Below, piece after piece: positions 1 through 11,085 of a DNA stretch of 64,000 bases (position 1 is the stretch's first letter; the number at the start of each line of letters is the position of its first letter). The DNA lies in the NCBI GenBank assembly GCA_964449145.1, contig CAYUYF010000003.1:30189-94188 (forward strand). Direction: 5' to 3'. A program made the position numbers and the translations under genes. The stretch is from an uncultured Gemmatimonadaceae bacterium. Its GTDB lineage: Bacteria; Gemmatimonadota; Gemmatimonadetes; Gemmatimonadales; GWC2-71-9. Under the pieces are notes generated by a model, which was given only the letters and a program-made list of their open reading frames with translations, ran no database searches and was not told the origin of the DNA.

Positions 1-962
1 CGGCCCAGCGCGGCGAGAGCCGCCTGCTGGTCGTGCCCCGTTCCGGGACGCTATCCGACCGGCAATTTTCCGGGCTCGCCGACCTCATTCCCGCCGGGGA
101 CCTGCTCGTCCTGAACACCACCCGGGTACGCCACGCGCGCTTCCTCGGCACCCGGCCGAGCGGGGCGCCGGCCGAGGTCCTGCTGATACATCCGGCGGCC
201 GGCGGACACTGGGTCGCCCTGGGCAAGCCAGGCAGCGCGCTGCGGCCGGGGAAGCGAATTGCGCTGGACGATGAGGTCTTCATCGAGACGCTGGCGGTGC
301 TCGATGAGGGGTATCGTGAGGTGCGCTTCGTCGGGCTCCCCGACGCGGAGGCGATCCGTCGCTTCGGGCGCCTCCCGCTGCCGCCGTACATCGAGCGGGC
401 ACCGACCGACGCCGACGAGCGACGCTACCAGACGGTGTATGCCGAGCGCGAGGGCAGCGTGGCAGCTCCCACGGCGGGACTGCATTTCACTACGGCCCTG
501 CTGGCGGCCCTTGAGACAGCCGGCGTTCGCATCGCCCGGCTGGAGCTGGAGGTCGGGCCAGGCACCTTCAAGCCGGTCGAGGTCGATGACCCCGGCCAGC
601 ACCCGATGCATCCCGAGTGGTACGAGATCCCCGAGGCGACGGCACAGGCGGTTGCCGACCTGCGCCGGCGGGGCGGCCGGCTCTGGGCGGTCGGCACCAC
701 GGTGGTGCGGGCGCTGGAGAGTTCGGCGCTGCCTGGCGGCACGGTCGAGCCTGGCCGCCGCGAAACCCGGCTGCTGGTCACTCCCGGCTATCGCTTCGGC
801 GTGGTGGATCGCCTGATCACCAACTTCCACCTCCCCCGCTCAACCCTGCTGATGCTGGTCTCCGCCTTCGGAGGCCACCAACGGATCATGCAGGCCTACC
901 GGCACGCGGTCGAGGCGGGCTACCGGTTCTACTCGTATGGGGATGCGATGGTGGTGCTGTGA
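1..962 (+). CDS. queA: S-adenosylmethionine:tRNA ribosyltransferase-isomerase (QueA). The 5' end lies off-window.
   Basis: Track ORF 33..962. The same frame stays open back to base 3 (AQRGESRLLVVPRSG), so the N-terminus is truncated by the window edge. Motifs ITNFHLPRSTLLMLVSAFGG and YRFYSYGDAM are typical of QueA. The gene lies directly upstream of tgt. Confidence 0.9.
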   Translation, partial: AQRGESRLLVVPRSGTLSDRQFSGLADLIPAGDLLVLNTTRVRHARFLGTRPSGAPAEVLLIHPAAGGHWVALGKPGSALRPGKRIALDDEVFIETLAVLDEGYREVRFVGLPDAEAIRRFGRLPLPPYIERAPTDADERRYQTVYAEREGSVAAPTAGLHFTTALLAALETAGVRIARLELEVGPGTFKPVEVDDPGQHPMHPEWYEIPEATAQAVADLRRRGGRLWAVGTTVVRALESSALPGGTVEPGRRETRLLVTPGYRFGVVDRLITNFHLPRSTLLMLVSAFGGHQRIMQAYRHAVEAGYRFYSYGDAMVVL

Positions 963-1072
963 AGTGCCGGCGCGAGGCGATCAGCTGGCCGCCATCCGGG
1001 AGCAGGCGTTCCCGCGTGCCGCGAGGCCATTTCTGGTCTCCCGCTCGGCCGCCGACCGCCGATCGCTGGTAG

Positions 1073-2552
<1,480 letters not shown>

Positions 2553-2556
<4 letters not shown>

Positions 2557-3089
2557 CCATTCGGGACCTCCACCTGCTTGGCTCACCGGTGCTGCGCGAA
2601 CAGAGCGCACCGGTGGCCGTCGTGGACGACGAGGTGCGTCGCTTCGTGGACGACCTCTTCGAGACGATGTACGCTGCCCGGGGGATCGGGCTGGCGGCCA
2701 ACCAGGTGGGGGTGGCCCGGCGGATCGCCGTGGTGGATACCGAAGAGGTGAAGCTGGTCCTGATCAACCCGCAGATTCTCGAGGTCGGTGGCTCGGAGAC
2801 CGGGGAGGAGGGGTGCCTGTCCATCCCCGACTACTTCGGGGACGTCACCCGCCCCGACCGGATTGTCCTCGAGGCGCTGGACCGAGACGGGCAGCCCTAC
2901 CGGCAGGAGCTGACCGGTCTCCCGGCCCGGGCGGCCCAGCACGAGATCGACCACCTCGACGGGATTCTCTTCCTGGATCACCTCAGCCTGCTCAAGCGCC
3001 AGCGGATGCTTTCCCGCTGGCGCAAGGAGCACGCCGACGATCCCGGCTACATCCGCCCCGTCAGCTCCACGTCCGCCGAGCGTTCCTGA
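2553..3089 (+). CDS. def: peptide deformylase
   Basis: All three Def motifs are present: GIGLAANQVG, EGCLSIP, HEIDHLDG. The ATG overlaps the yajC stop (ATGA). Confidence 0.95.
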
Positions 3090-4009
3090 TGCGTGTCGCC
3101 TTCTTCGGCACCCCCGAGTTTGCCGTCCCGTCGCTCAGGGCGCTGCTTGAGGAAGGCTTCGAGGTGGCTGGGGTCATCACCCAGCCGGACCGCCCGCACG
3201 GCCGCTCCCGCAGCCAGCTCGTCCCCCCGCCGGTCAAGCAGGTCGCCCTGGAGGAGTCCCTGCCGGTGCTCCAGCCCGAACGCCCCGTCGGTGACTTCGC
3301 CGAGGCGCTGCAGGCCCTCGACGCCGACATCGGAATCGTGGTGGCCTACGGCCACATCCTCAAGCCCGAGATCCTGGCCATTCCGGGGCGCGGCATGCTC
3401 AACGTGCACGCCTCCCTGCTGCCCGCGCTCCGCGGGGCGGCGCCAATCCAGTGCGCCATCCTGCAGGGCCTCGAAACCACCGGCGTCAGCATCATGCAGA
3501 TGGAAGCGGGGCTCGACAGCGGTCCGGTGCTGCACCGGATCGAGACCGAGATCGCCGCCGACGAGACCGGGGCGGAACTGGCGGAGCGGCTGGCCGAGCT
3601 GGGCGCGGCGGCCCTGGTGGAAACCCTGACAATGCTGCTCGGCGGCGAGGTCCTCGCCCGGCCGCAGGACCACGCGCTGGCCACCTACGCTCCCAAGATC
3701 ACCCGTGAGGCGACCCGGCTCGACTGGAAGCTGGATGGCGCCCGCCTCGCGCGGATGGTGCGGGCCTTCGATCCCGATCCCGCCGCATGGGCCACCCTGG
3801 GCGGACAGGAGGTCAAGCTCTACGGGGGCCGGGCCAGCAACGGCGGCGGGTTCCCCGGCACCGTCCTCGCCGCCGGCGAGTCCCTGTGCATCGCCGCCGG
3901 CATCGGGGCGCTGGAGGTGGCCGAGGTACAGCCGGCCGGGAAGAAGCGTATGGTCGCCGCCGACTGGGTCCGCGGCCGCGGCGTGGCCGTTGGCCAGCGG
4001 TTCGAATGA
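3089..4009 (+). CDS. fmt: methionyl-tRNA formyltransferase
   Basis: Internal start MRVAFFGTPEFAVPSL of track ORF 2813..4009. HASLLPALRGAAPIQ is present. The ATG shares one nucleotide with the def stop (TGATG). The 92-aa upstream extension overlaps def and is Arg/Pro-rich junk. Confidence 0.93.
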   Translation: MRVAFFGTPEFAVPSLRALLEEGFEVAGVITQPDRPHGRSRSQLVPPPVKQVALEESLPVLQPERPVGDFAEALQALDADIGIVVAYGHILKPEILAIPGRGMLNVHASLLPALRGAAPIQCAILQGLETTGVSIMQMEAGLDSGPVLHRIETEIAADETGAELAERLAELGAAALVETLTMLLGGEVLARPQDHALATYAPKITREATRLDWKLDGARLARMVRAFDPDPAAWATLGGQEVKLYGGRASNGGGFPGTVLAAGESLCIAAGIGALEVAEVQPAGKKRMVAADWVRGRGVAVGQRFE

Positions 4010-4641
4010 GGCCGCTGCCCCGCCTTCACGCCGTGACCGATGGTGCCGTGCTCGCCCTGGAGGACCTGCCGGTCCGCGCCGCCGCGCTGGCGGCCGTGGG
4101 GAGCGCCCTGGCCATCCATGTGCGCGACCGCGCCGCCCCCGCCGGCGTGCTGGTGCAGCGGACCGGCCGGATCCAGCGCCTCGCGGCGCCACCGGAAGCG
4201 GCGGTGTTCACCAGCGCCCGCCTCGACATCGCCACCGCACTCGGCACTCAGGGCCTGCACCTCGGTCAACCGGACCTCCAGCCACGAGAGGTCCGCCGCG
4301 CCCTGACCGGCCGGTGGCACGGATGGATCGGGGTCTCGGTACACTCGGCCGACGAGGCTCGCGCCGCCCGGGACGAGGGGGCGGACTATCTCATGGCCGG
4401 GAACATCTTCGAGACCGGCAGCCACCCCGACCGGCCAGCCTGCGGCCTGGGCTTCGTCGAGGAGGTGGCGATCCTTGGCTTGCCGGTGATCGCGATCGGC
4501 GGACTGACCGCCGAGCGCGCCGGTCTCGTCCGCGAGGCGGGCGCGTGGGGCGTGGCCGGCATCTCCGCGCTGTGGTATGCCGAGGATCCGTATGCGGCAG
4601 CGGTGGAGATGATGCGCCCGTGGATGGAGTCCCGGGCATGA
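4006..4641 (+). CDS. thiE: thiamine-phosphate synthase
   Basis: Internal start MRPLPRLHAVTDG of track ORF 3787..4641. HLGQPDL, VSVHSADEA, ADYLMAGNIFET and VIAIGGL fit the ThiE TIM-barrel motifs. The ATG overlaps the fmt stop (ATGA). Confidence 0.8.
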   Translation: MRPLPRLHAVTDGAVLALEDLPVRAAALAAVGSALAIHVRDRAAPAGVLVQRTGRIQRLAAPPEAAVFTSARLDIATALGTQGLHLGQPDLQPREVRRALTGRWHGWIGVSVHSADEARAARDEGADYLMAGNIFETGSHPDRPACGLGFVEEVAILGLPVIAIGGLTAERAGLVREAGAWGVAGISALWYAEDPYAAAVEMMRPWMESRA

Positions 4642-4847
4642 GCGCCCTTCGCCTGATCGTCAATGGAGCGCCGCATTCCGTCCCGGGCCCGGCCACGCTC
4701 AACGACCTCCTGACGCACCTGGCCCTCGACCCCCGGATGGTCGTGGTGGAACTCAATCGCGAGATCATTCGCCGGCCACGACTTGGCGAGGTGGGGCTCA
4801 AGGACGGTGACCAGGTGGAGCTGGTGCACTTCGTCGGCGGGGGATGA
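4638..4847 (+). CDS. thiS: sulfur-carrier protein ThiS
   Basis: 69-aa tail of track ORF 3705..4847: MSALRLIVNGAP...VELVHFVGGG, with the C-terminal GG. The ATG overlaps the thiE stop. The gene lies between thiE and thiG. Confidence 0.85.
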   Translation: MSALRLIVNGAPHSVPGPATLNDLLTHLALDPRMVVVELNREIIRRPRLGEVGLKDGDQVELVHFVGGG

Positions 4848-4914
4848 CCATCTGGCCTTGGCGCGCGTCGCCGCCGGTCGCACACCCACCCGCCTTCCGC
4901 TTAACTTCCCCCCC

Positions 4915-5691
4915 ATGAACGATTCCACCCTCACCATCGGCGGCCGGACCTTCCGGTCGCGGCTCCTGGTCGGAACCGGCAAGTACCGCAGCAACCAGGA
5001 GATGCTCGGCGCCATCACCGCCTCCGGCGCGGACGTGGTGACGGTCGCCGTTCGGCGGGTGGACCTCGACCGGACCCGGGAAGAGGGGATGCTGTATCAC
5101 CTGGACCCCACGCGGTTCTTCCTGCTCGCCAACACCGCCGGCTGTTACAGCGCCGAGGAGGCGATCCGCTACGCCAGGCTGGCGCGGGAGGCGGGATTCA
5201 ACGAGTTCGTCAAGTTGGAGGTGATCGGAGACCAGGAGACCCTGCTCCCCGACACCGACGGCCTCCTCACCGCCACCCGGACCCTCGCGGCCGAGGGGTT
5301 CCAGGTGATGGCCTACACCAACGACGACCTCATCACCGCGCTCCGGCTGGAGGACGCCGGGGCCGCCGCGGTGATGCCCCTCGCCTCGCCCATTGGGAGC
5401 GGGCTCGGGCTGCTCAACCCCTACAGCATCCGGACGATCAAGCGTCGGCTCCGGGTGCCGGTGCTGGTGGACGCCGGGGTGGGCACCGCCTCGGATGCCT
5501 GCGTGACAATGGAACAGGGAGTGGACGGCATCCTGATGAACACCGCCATCGCCGAGGCTGCCGATCCTGTCCGGATGGCCACGGCGATGCGACTGGCGGT
5601 GGACGCCGGCCGGCTCGCCTACCTGGCCGGACGAATGCCGCGGCGCGAGGTGGCCGTGCCGTCCAGCCCGGAGAAGGGGATGGCCGGGTGA
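4915..5691 (+). CDS. thiG: thiazole synthase
   Basis: Internal ATG (MNDSTLTIGGRTFRSRLLVGTGKY) of track ORF 4783..5691. Also VMPLASPIGSGLGL and VDAGVGTASDA. Confidence 0.93.
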   Translation: MNDSTLTIGGRTFRSRLLVGTGKYRSNQEMLGAITASGADVVTVAVRRVDLDRTREEGMLYHLDPTRFFLLANTAGCYSAEEAIRYARLAREAGFNEFVKLEVIGDQETLLPDTDGLLTATRTLAAEGFQVMAYTNDDLITALRLEDAGAAAVMPLASPIGSGLGLLNPYSIRTIKRRLRVPVLVDAGVGTASDACVTMEQGVDGILMNTAIAEAADPVRMATAMRLAVDAGRLAYLAGRMPRREVAVPSSPEKGMAG

Positions 5692-7067
5692 AGAAGCGCG
5701 GCCGGGCGCCGCAGGTGACGGCGCCGGATCACCCCGGTGAGAGCCGGGCGGAGCCGTCCCCGCCGTCAGGCGCGGCCGGCGTCGCGCCGAGGCAGGCGGC
5801 CTACCGTGTGCTGCGCGCGACCGATGCCGGGGAGGCCTTTGAACCGGCCCTCGACCGGGCCCTCGGCGACCTTCCAGAACCTGACCGCCGACTGGCCCAT
5901 GAGCTGGCGGCCGGCGTCCTGCGCCAGCGCCAGGACCTCGATGCCCGGCTCATGCCGCTGGTCCATCGCGGCTGGACCACGGTGCAGCCGGAACTGCGTG
6001 ACATCCTCCGGCTGGGGGCCTACCAGCTCACCGCCCTCGACCGGGTCCCGGACCACGCTGCCGTGTCCACCACCGTGGAGCTGGCCCGCACGGAGTTAGG
6101 CGAAGGCGCGGCCCGCTTTGCCAACGCGCTCCTCCGTGGGATGGGCGGGCGCGCCGCCCCCCCGCCCGCAAGTGGCGACCTCGCCCGCCACCTCGCCAAC
6201 CGCTACTCCCATCCCCCATGGCTGGTGCGCCGCTGGCTGGGTCGCTTCGGACCCGCCGAGACCGAGGAGCTCCTGCAGTGGAACAACGGCCGGCCCGCGC
6301 TCATCCTGCAACCGGCCCGCGACGACCTGCCCACCCTGCAGCGCAGCCTGTGGGACCGCGGTGTCGCGTCCCGGCGGGCGCCGTTCGACGCCGGGCTGGT
6401 CGTCGAAGGCAGCCGACCCACCGAGCTGCCGGGGTTCGCGGAGGGGAGCTTTCTGGTCCAGGACGCTGCCCAGGCGCTGGTGGTGCGGTTCGCCGCGGTT
6501 CCCGCCGACGCCACGGTGTATGACGCCTGCGCGGCGCCGGGCGGGAAGACCATCGCCCTGGGACGCATTGCCGCGCGGGTGCTGGCTGGAGAGATCAGAC
6601 GGGACCGGATCCCCCGGCTGGCCCAGAACCTGGCTCGGGCCGGCAGCGGACGGGAATTCGTGGTACGAGCCTCCGCCGCCCATCCGCCCTGCCGCGGCGC
6701 CGATGTCGTTCTGCTCGACGCCCCCTGCCTCGGCACGGGGAGCTTTTGCCGGCACCCCGATGCCCGCTGGAAGGTCTCGGTGGACGCGCTGGGGCGGCTC
6801 GCGGAACAACAGGCTCAGCTCCTCGCCGGCGCCGCCGGCGCGGTCCGGCCGGGAGGGTGGTTAGTTTACGCCACCTGCTCCCTGGAACCGGAAGAGAACG
6901 AGATTCAGGTGGACAATTTCCTCGTTGCCCATCCCGCGTTTGCTCGTGAGCCCCACGCCGGGATGCCCCGAGACCTGCTCACGCCCCGGGGGGATCTTCT
7001 CCTCCTGCCCCAGCGCCACGGCGTCGACGGCGCCTTTGCGGCCCGGCTGCGGCGGAGGCCCGCATGA
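5688..7067 (+). CDS. rsmB: 16S rRNA (cytosine967-C5)-methyltransferase, RsmB/Sun family
   Basis: NusB-like N-terminal region, SAM motif DACAAPGGKT, and catalytic DAPCLGTGSFCRHPDARWK ... ATCSLEPEENE. The GTG start overlaps the thiG stop (GTGA). Confidence 0.88.
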   Translation: MKKRGRAPQVTAPDHPGESRAEPSPPSGAAGVAPRQAAYRVLRATDAGEAFEPALDRALGDLPEPDRRLAHELAAGVLRQRQDLDARLMPLVHRGWTTVQPELRDILRLGAYQLTALDRVPDHAAVSTTVELARTELGEGAARFANALLRGMGGRAAPPPASGDLARHLANRYSHPPWLVRRWLGRFGPAETEELLQWNNGRPALILQPARDDLPTLQRSLWDRGVASRRAPFDAGLVVEGSRPTELPGFAEGSFLVQDAAQALVVRFAAVPADATVYDACAAPGGKTIALGRIAARVLAGEIRRDRIPRLAQNLARAGSGREFVVRASAAHPPCRGADVVLLDAPCLGTGSFCRHPDARWKVSVDALGRLAEQQAQLLAGAAGAVRPGGWLVYATCSLEPEENEIQVDNFLVAHPAFAREPHAGMPRDLLTPRGDLLLLPQRHGVDGAFAARLRRRPA

Positions 7068-7834
7068 GGGGCCGTCGCTCCAGTGAGGCGGCCTCGGTCC
7101 CCGGGTACTTCAGCAGCATCGCTGGTCGCCGGCTGCTCAAGCAGGTCAGCATCGTCCTTGCGGCGTTCCTGGTCGGCTACCTGGTGAACGTTCTCTGGCT
7201 CTTTCCCGCACCCCTGTTTTCCAAGGACCACGCGGTGCCGCGGCTGCTGGACCTGGGCACCACCGAAGCGAAACAGAAGCTCGAGGCACAGGGATTCCGG
7301 GTCCGGGTGGAGGATCAGCAGACCGACGTGTCGACGCCCAAGGGAGGCGTGGTCTGGCAGGACCCCCCGCCAGGCGTCGTGGTGCCGCCCAACACCCAGG
7401 TGTCCATCATCGTGAGCGAGGGCCCGCCCGACGTGCCGGTGCCGGACGTGGCGGATTTTCCACGCCTGCTCGCCGAGCGGGTGCTGGCGGCAGCCGGATT
7501 CAAGATTGGCCGGGTGGACACGCTGCCGGCCTCCAACGAGCCGGGCATCGTCATCCAGACCCGTCCCGCCTCGGGCCAGGGCCGGCCGGCCGGGACCCCG
7601 GTCACCCTTGTCATCAGCAGTGGTCCAGCCGAGGTTACCGTGCCCACGGTGGTCGGGCTGCCGCTGCCGGTGGCGCGTGAGCGACTCGAAGTGCTGGGGC
7701 TCCAGATGGGCACGGTCACCGGCCGGGGTCAGCCTGGCCGGGTGGAGGGCATGGTGCTGGAACAGCGGCCGTCGGGCGGCGCCCGAGTGGCCCGCGGCAC
7801 CAAGGTGGATTTCATCATTACACGCAAGGACTAG
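7064..7834 (+). CDS. membrane-anchored protein with three PASTA repeats and no kinase or transpeptidase domain
   Basis: N-terminal TM segment (VSIVLAAFLVGYLVNVLWLF) followed by three repeats of about 65 aa with the PASTA pattern (VP.L.G....A...L...GF.......). The ATG overlaps the rsmB stop. Confidence 0.8.
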   Translation: MRGRRSSEAASVPGYFSSIAGRRLLKQVSIVLAAFLVGYLVNVLWLFPAPLFSKDHAVPRLLDLGTTEAKQKLEAQGFRVRVEDQQTDVSTPKGGVVWQDPPPGVVVPPNTQVSIIVSEGPPDVPVPDVADFPRLLAERVLAAAGFKIGRVDTLPASNEPGIVIQTRPASGQGRPAGTPVTLVISSGPAEVTVPTVVGLPLPVARERLEVLGLQMGTVTGRGQPGRVEGMVLEQRPSGGARVARGTKVDFIITRKD

Positions 7835-7837
7835 CCG

Positions 7838-8503
7838 ATGGCCGTCCGGATCGCCCCCAGCCTGCTCTCCGCCGACCTCGGCCGCCTGCGTGAACAGGTC
7901 GAGGCGGCGCTCGCCGGCGGCGCGGAGTGGCTGCACATAGACGTGATGGACGGGCGCTTCGTCCCCAACCTCACTTTCGGTGCACCGCTGATCCGGGCGC
8001 TGCGCCGGTTCACGGACGCGCCGCTCGACGTGCACCTGATGGTCACCGAGCCGGAGCGCTTCATCCCCGAGTATGCCGACCTCGGCGTGAACGTCTTCAC
8101 CTTCCATCCCGAGGCGACCACGCACGTGCAGCGGCACCTGGCGGCGATCCGGGAACGGGGCATGGCCGCCGGCCTCGCGCTCAACCCCGCCACCCCGCTG
8201 GCGCTGGTGGAAGAGGTCCTGGCCGACACCGACTTGCTCCTCATCATGAGCGTCAACCCCGGCTACGGCGGCCAGTCGTACCTGCCGGCGGCGACGGCCA
8301 AGATCGCGCGCGCCCGCGGGCTGCTGGAGCGGCACGGCGCCCGCGCAACGCTCGAAGTGGACGGCGGCATCACCGTGGACAATATCGCCGCGGCGTGGCG
8401 GGCCGGCGCGGACACCTTTGTCGCCGGGACCGCCGTCTTCGGCACGCCGGACGTGGCCGAGGCGGTCCGCGCGCTCAAGCAGCGTTGCGTCGAGAGGGCC
8501 TAG
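7838..8503 (+). CDS. rpe: ribulose-phosphate 3-epimerase
   Basis: IAPSLLSADLGRL, HIDVMDGRFVPNLTFG, MSVNPGYGGQ, EVDGGI. Confidence 0.95.
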   Translation: MAVRIAPSLLSADLGRLREQVEAALAGGAEWLHIDVMDGRFVPNLTFGAPLIRALRRFTDAPLDVHLMVTEPERFIPEYADLGVNVFTFHPEATTHVQRHLAAIRERGMAAGLALNPATPLALVEEVLADTDLLLIMSVNPGYGGQSYLPAATAKIARARGLLERHGARATLEVDGGITVDNIAAAWRAGADTFVAGTAVFGTPDVAEAVRALKQRCVERA

Positions 8504-8506
8504 CCC

Positions 8507-9094
8507 ATGTCCAAACAGTGGGTACTGGTGCTCAGCGTGCTGGCCGGCCTGGTCATCGGTGGTGCAGCGCTGGTACGGTATGGCCCCGGGGCGGCGGCGG
8601 TCTCCGCAGGCAGCCGGGCGCCCAACTTCCAGGTCATGGATCTGGCCACCGGCGACAGCATCAGGCTGCGGGACCATTACAAGGGGCATGTCACCCTGAT
8701 CAACATCTGGGCGACGTGGTGCATCCCCTGCAAGGTCGAGATGCCCGCCATGCAGCGGGTGTACGATTCTCTCGGACCACTCGGCTTCCGGATCGCGGCG
8801 GTGAGCATTGACCAGGAAGGCCCCGGCGTGGTCCGGGAGTTCACGCAGAGCCTGGGCCTGTCGTTCGATGTGCTGCAGGACCAAAGCGGCGCCATCCAGG
8901 CGGCCTACCAGACCACCGGCGTGCCCGAGAGTTTCCTCCTGGATACCACCGGGATGATCATGAAGCGCGTCATCGGCGCCCACGACTGGGCCTCGCCGGT
9001 GAACGTCGCCCTCATTCGCCGGCTGCTCGGCGACACCACCGTGATCATGGGCACCCCGCTGGGCGACGGGGCGGAGGCCACCCCGCTCCCGTGA
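8507..9094 (+). CDS. TlpA/ResA-family thiol-disulfide oxidoreductase (thioredoxin fold), membrane anchored
   Basis: N-terminal TM segment, then the redox motif NIWATWCIPCKVEMP (WCxxC) and a thioredoxin-like C-terminal half (GVPESFLLD). Confidence 0.85.
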   Translation: MSKQWVLVLSVLAGLVIGGAALVRYGPGAAAVSAGSRAPNFQVMDLATGDSIRLRDHYKGHVTLINIWATWCIPCKVEMPAMQRVYDSLGPLGFRIAAVSIDQEGPGVVREFTQSLGLSFDVLQDQSGAIQAAYQTTGVPESFLLDTTGMIMKRVIGAHDWASPVNVALIRRLLGDTTVIMGTPLGDGAEATPLP

Positions 9095-9150
9095 GCCTCG
9101 CCGCCGCGCCAGCGGTGGAGTCCGCCGCCCAGGGGCCGGGGTCCCCCTAG

Positions 9151-10212
9151 ATGCTGCTCGCCCTCGAAACCTCCTGCGATGAAACCTCGGCGGCCATTCT
9201 GACCCAGGACGGCGGGCGCCCGGTTCTCAAGAGCCTCATCATCCTTTCCCAGGACGTGCATCAGATCTTCGGCGGGGTGGTGCCGGAACTGGCCAGCCGG
9301 GCACACCTGACGACGATCGGACAGGTCGTCGACCGGGCGCTCGCCGACGCAGGCGTGCGCATCGAGGAACTCACCGCCGTCGCGGTCACCGCCGGACCGG
9401 GACTGGTGGGCGCCCTGCTGGTGGGCGTGATGTACGGGAAGACGCTCGCCTACCGACTGGGGATCCCGCTCATCGGGGTGCATCACCTCGAGGGGCACCT
9501 CTTCGCGCCCACCCTCGAACACCCCGGGCTGATGCCCCCCTTCGCGGCCCTGCTGGTGAGCGGCGGTCATACCCTGCTGCTCGATGTGCCCGCCTGGGGC
9601 CGCTACCGGATGCTCGGCACCACCCGCGATGACGCCGCCGGCGAGGCCTTTGACAAGGTCGGCACCCTGCTGGGGCTCGGGTATCCCGGCGGGCCGGCCA
9701 TCGAGCGGCTGGCGCTGTCGGGGAACCCGAAGCGCTACCGCTTTCCCCGGCCGATGCTGGCCCAGACCGGCGAGCCGGGCCCGGACCGCTTCACCTTTTC
9801 TTTCAGTGGACTGAAGACCGCCGTCCTCCGGGCGGTGCAGCAGAGCGACGACCTCGAACGCGACCGGCCGCACCTGGCCCGTGGCTTCCAGGACGCGGCG
9901 ATCGAGGTGCTGGTGGAGAAGGCCGCCACCGCCGTGGAGACCCTCGGCTACGACACCCTGGTGCTCGGCGGCGGGGTGGCATGCAATCGCGCCCTGACGG
10001 AGGCCGCCGGCCGGCGGGTCGCCGAGTCCGCCAATGGCCGGGTGGTGGTGGCCTCGAACCGGCTCAACACCGACAACGCCGCGATGATCGGGGCCGCCGG
10101 GCTGTACCGGCTCGATCACGACCCGCCCGCCGGACTCGACCTCGAGCCCCGCGCCGATCTACCTTTCCCCGGCCTGTCCATGACCCCAACCCTCCACGGA
10201 AGTCCCCGATGA
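9151..10212 (+). CDS. tsaD: tRNA N6-adenosine threonylcarbamoyltransferase
   Basis: LALETSCDETSAA, GVHHLEGHL, LLVSGGHT, GGGVACN. Confidence 0.95.
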   Translation: MLLALETSCDETSAAILTQDGGRPVLKSLIILSQDVHQIFGGVVPELASRAHLTTIGQVVDRALADAGVRIEELTAVAVTAGPGLVGALLVGVMYGKTLAYRLGIPLIGVHHLEGHLFAPTLEHPGLMPPFAALLVSGGHTLLLDVPAWGRYRMLGTTRDDAAGEAFDKVGTLLGLGYPGGPAIERLALSGNPKRYRFPRPMLAQTGEPGPDRFTFSFSGLKTAVLRAVQQSDDLERDRPHLARGFQDAAIEVLVEKAATAVETLGYDTLVLGGGVACNRALTEAAGRRVAESANGRVVVASNRLNTDNAAMIGAAGLYRLDHDPPAGLDLEPRADLPFPGLSMTPTLHGSPR

Positions 10213-11039
10213 ACATCTACCCCTTCATCGTCAGAGTCGGCCCCCTCGAGATCACCGGCTACGGGATCATGATGATGGTTGGCTTCCTGGTGGGCGGCTG
10301 GCTCATCACGCTGGAACTGCGCCGCCGCGGCCTGTATGAGGAATACGCCGCCGATATCACGGTGGCAGCGGTCGTCGGCGGCATCATCGGCGCCAAGCTG
10401 TGGTACTGGGCCATGAACGGCGGCAGCCTCTTCTCCCGGGGCGGGTTGGTCTGGTACGGCGGCTTCGTCGGAGGCTCCCTGGCGGTGATGCTCAACGGCT
10501 GGCGACTCAAGGTGCCGATCCGCTGGACCCTGCACCTGTGCGCGCCGGCCCTCGCGGCCGCCTACGCCCTCGGCCGGATCGGATGCTTCATCGTCAATGA
10601 CGACTACGGCCACCCCACCGACCTGCCGTGGGGGGTGAAGTTCCCCCAGGGCCTGCCCCCCTCAACCGCCGAACAGATGACCCACCAGTTCGGCATCGCG
10701 GTCCCACCCGGCACCGATCCGGCGACCGTGCTGGCCGTGCATCCCACCCAGCTGTACGAGACGGTGATCATGCTCGGCGTCTTCGCGCTCCTGTGGCGGC
10801 TGCGGCTCCAGGCGCGCGCCATCGGCTGGATCTTCGGGATCTACCTGCTGTGTGCCGGGGCAGAACGGTTCTTCATCGAGATCCTCCGCGCCAAGGACGA
10901 CCGCTTCTTCGGCCCACTGACCCTGGCCCAGATGGTGAGCATCGGCCTCCTGGTCGCGGGCGTCATCCTTCTCAGCCGGCTCCGGCAGGAGGACAGCTTG
11001 AGCCCCGGACCCTACCTGACCAGAACCGCCGCGGCATAA
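10209..11039 (+). CDS. lgt: prolipoprotein diacylglyceryl transferase
   Basis: Internal ATG (MNIYPFIVRVGPLEITGYGIMMMVGF) of track ORF 9981..11039. GGLVWYGGFVGG and GRIGCFIVNDDYGHPTDLPWGVKFP are present. The ATG overlaps the tsaD stop. Confidence 0.9.
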   Translation: MNIYPFIVRVGPLEITGYGIMMMVGFLVGGWLITLELRRRGLYEEYAADITVAAVVGGIIGAKLWYWAMNGGSLFSRGGLVWYGGFVGGSLAVMLNGWRLKVPIRWTLHLCAPALAAAYALGRIGCFIVNDDYGHPTDLPWGVKFPQGLPPSTAEQMTHQFGIAVPPGTDPATVLAVHPTQLYETVIMLGVFALLWRLRLQARAIGWIFGIYLLCAGAERFFIEILRAKDDRFFGPLTLAQMVSIGLLVAGVILLSRLRQEDSLSPGPYLTRTAAA

Positions 11040-11085
11040 CGTACCAGGAAGTTTGTTCCGGCAGTTTATTCCTGGTCGGCAAAAC

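Noticed and set aside
4848-4914. Possible TPP riboswitch associated with the thi genes.
   Set aside because: The spacer is only 67 nt and lacks the conserved CUGAGA and ACCUGA cores. The regions upstream of thiE and thiS are coding, with overlapping stops.
6905-8983. 692-aa minus-strand ORF overlapping the rsmB 3' end, PASTA, rpe and tlpA.
   Set aside because: It has no recognisable domain and a low-complexity Gly/Arg/Pro/Asp composition. The plus-strand genes have strong family signatures and coupled starts.
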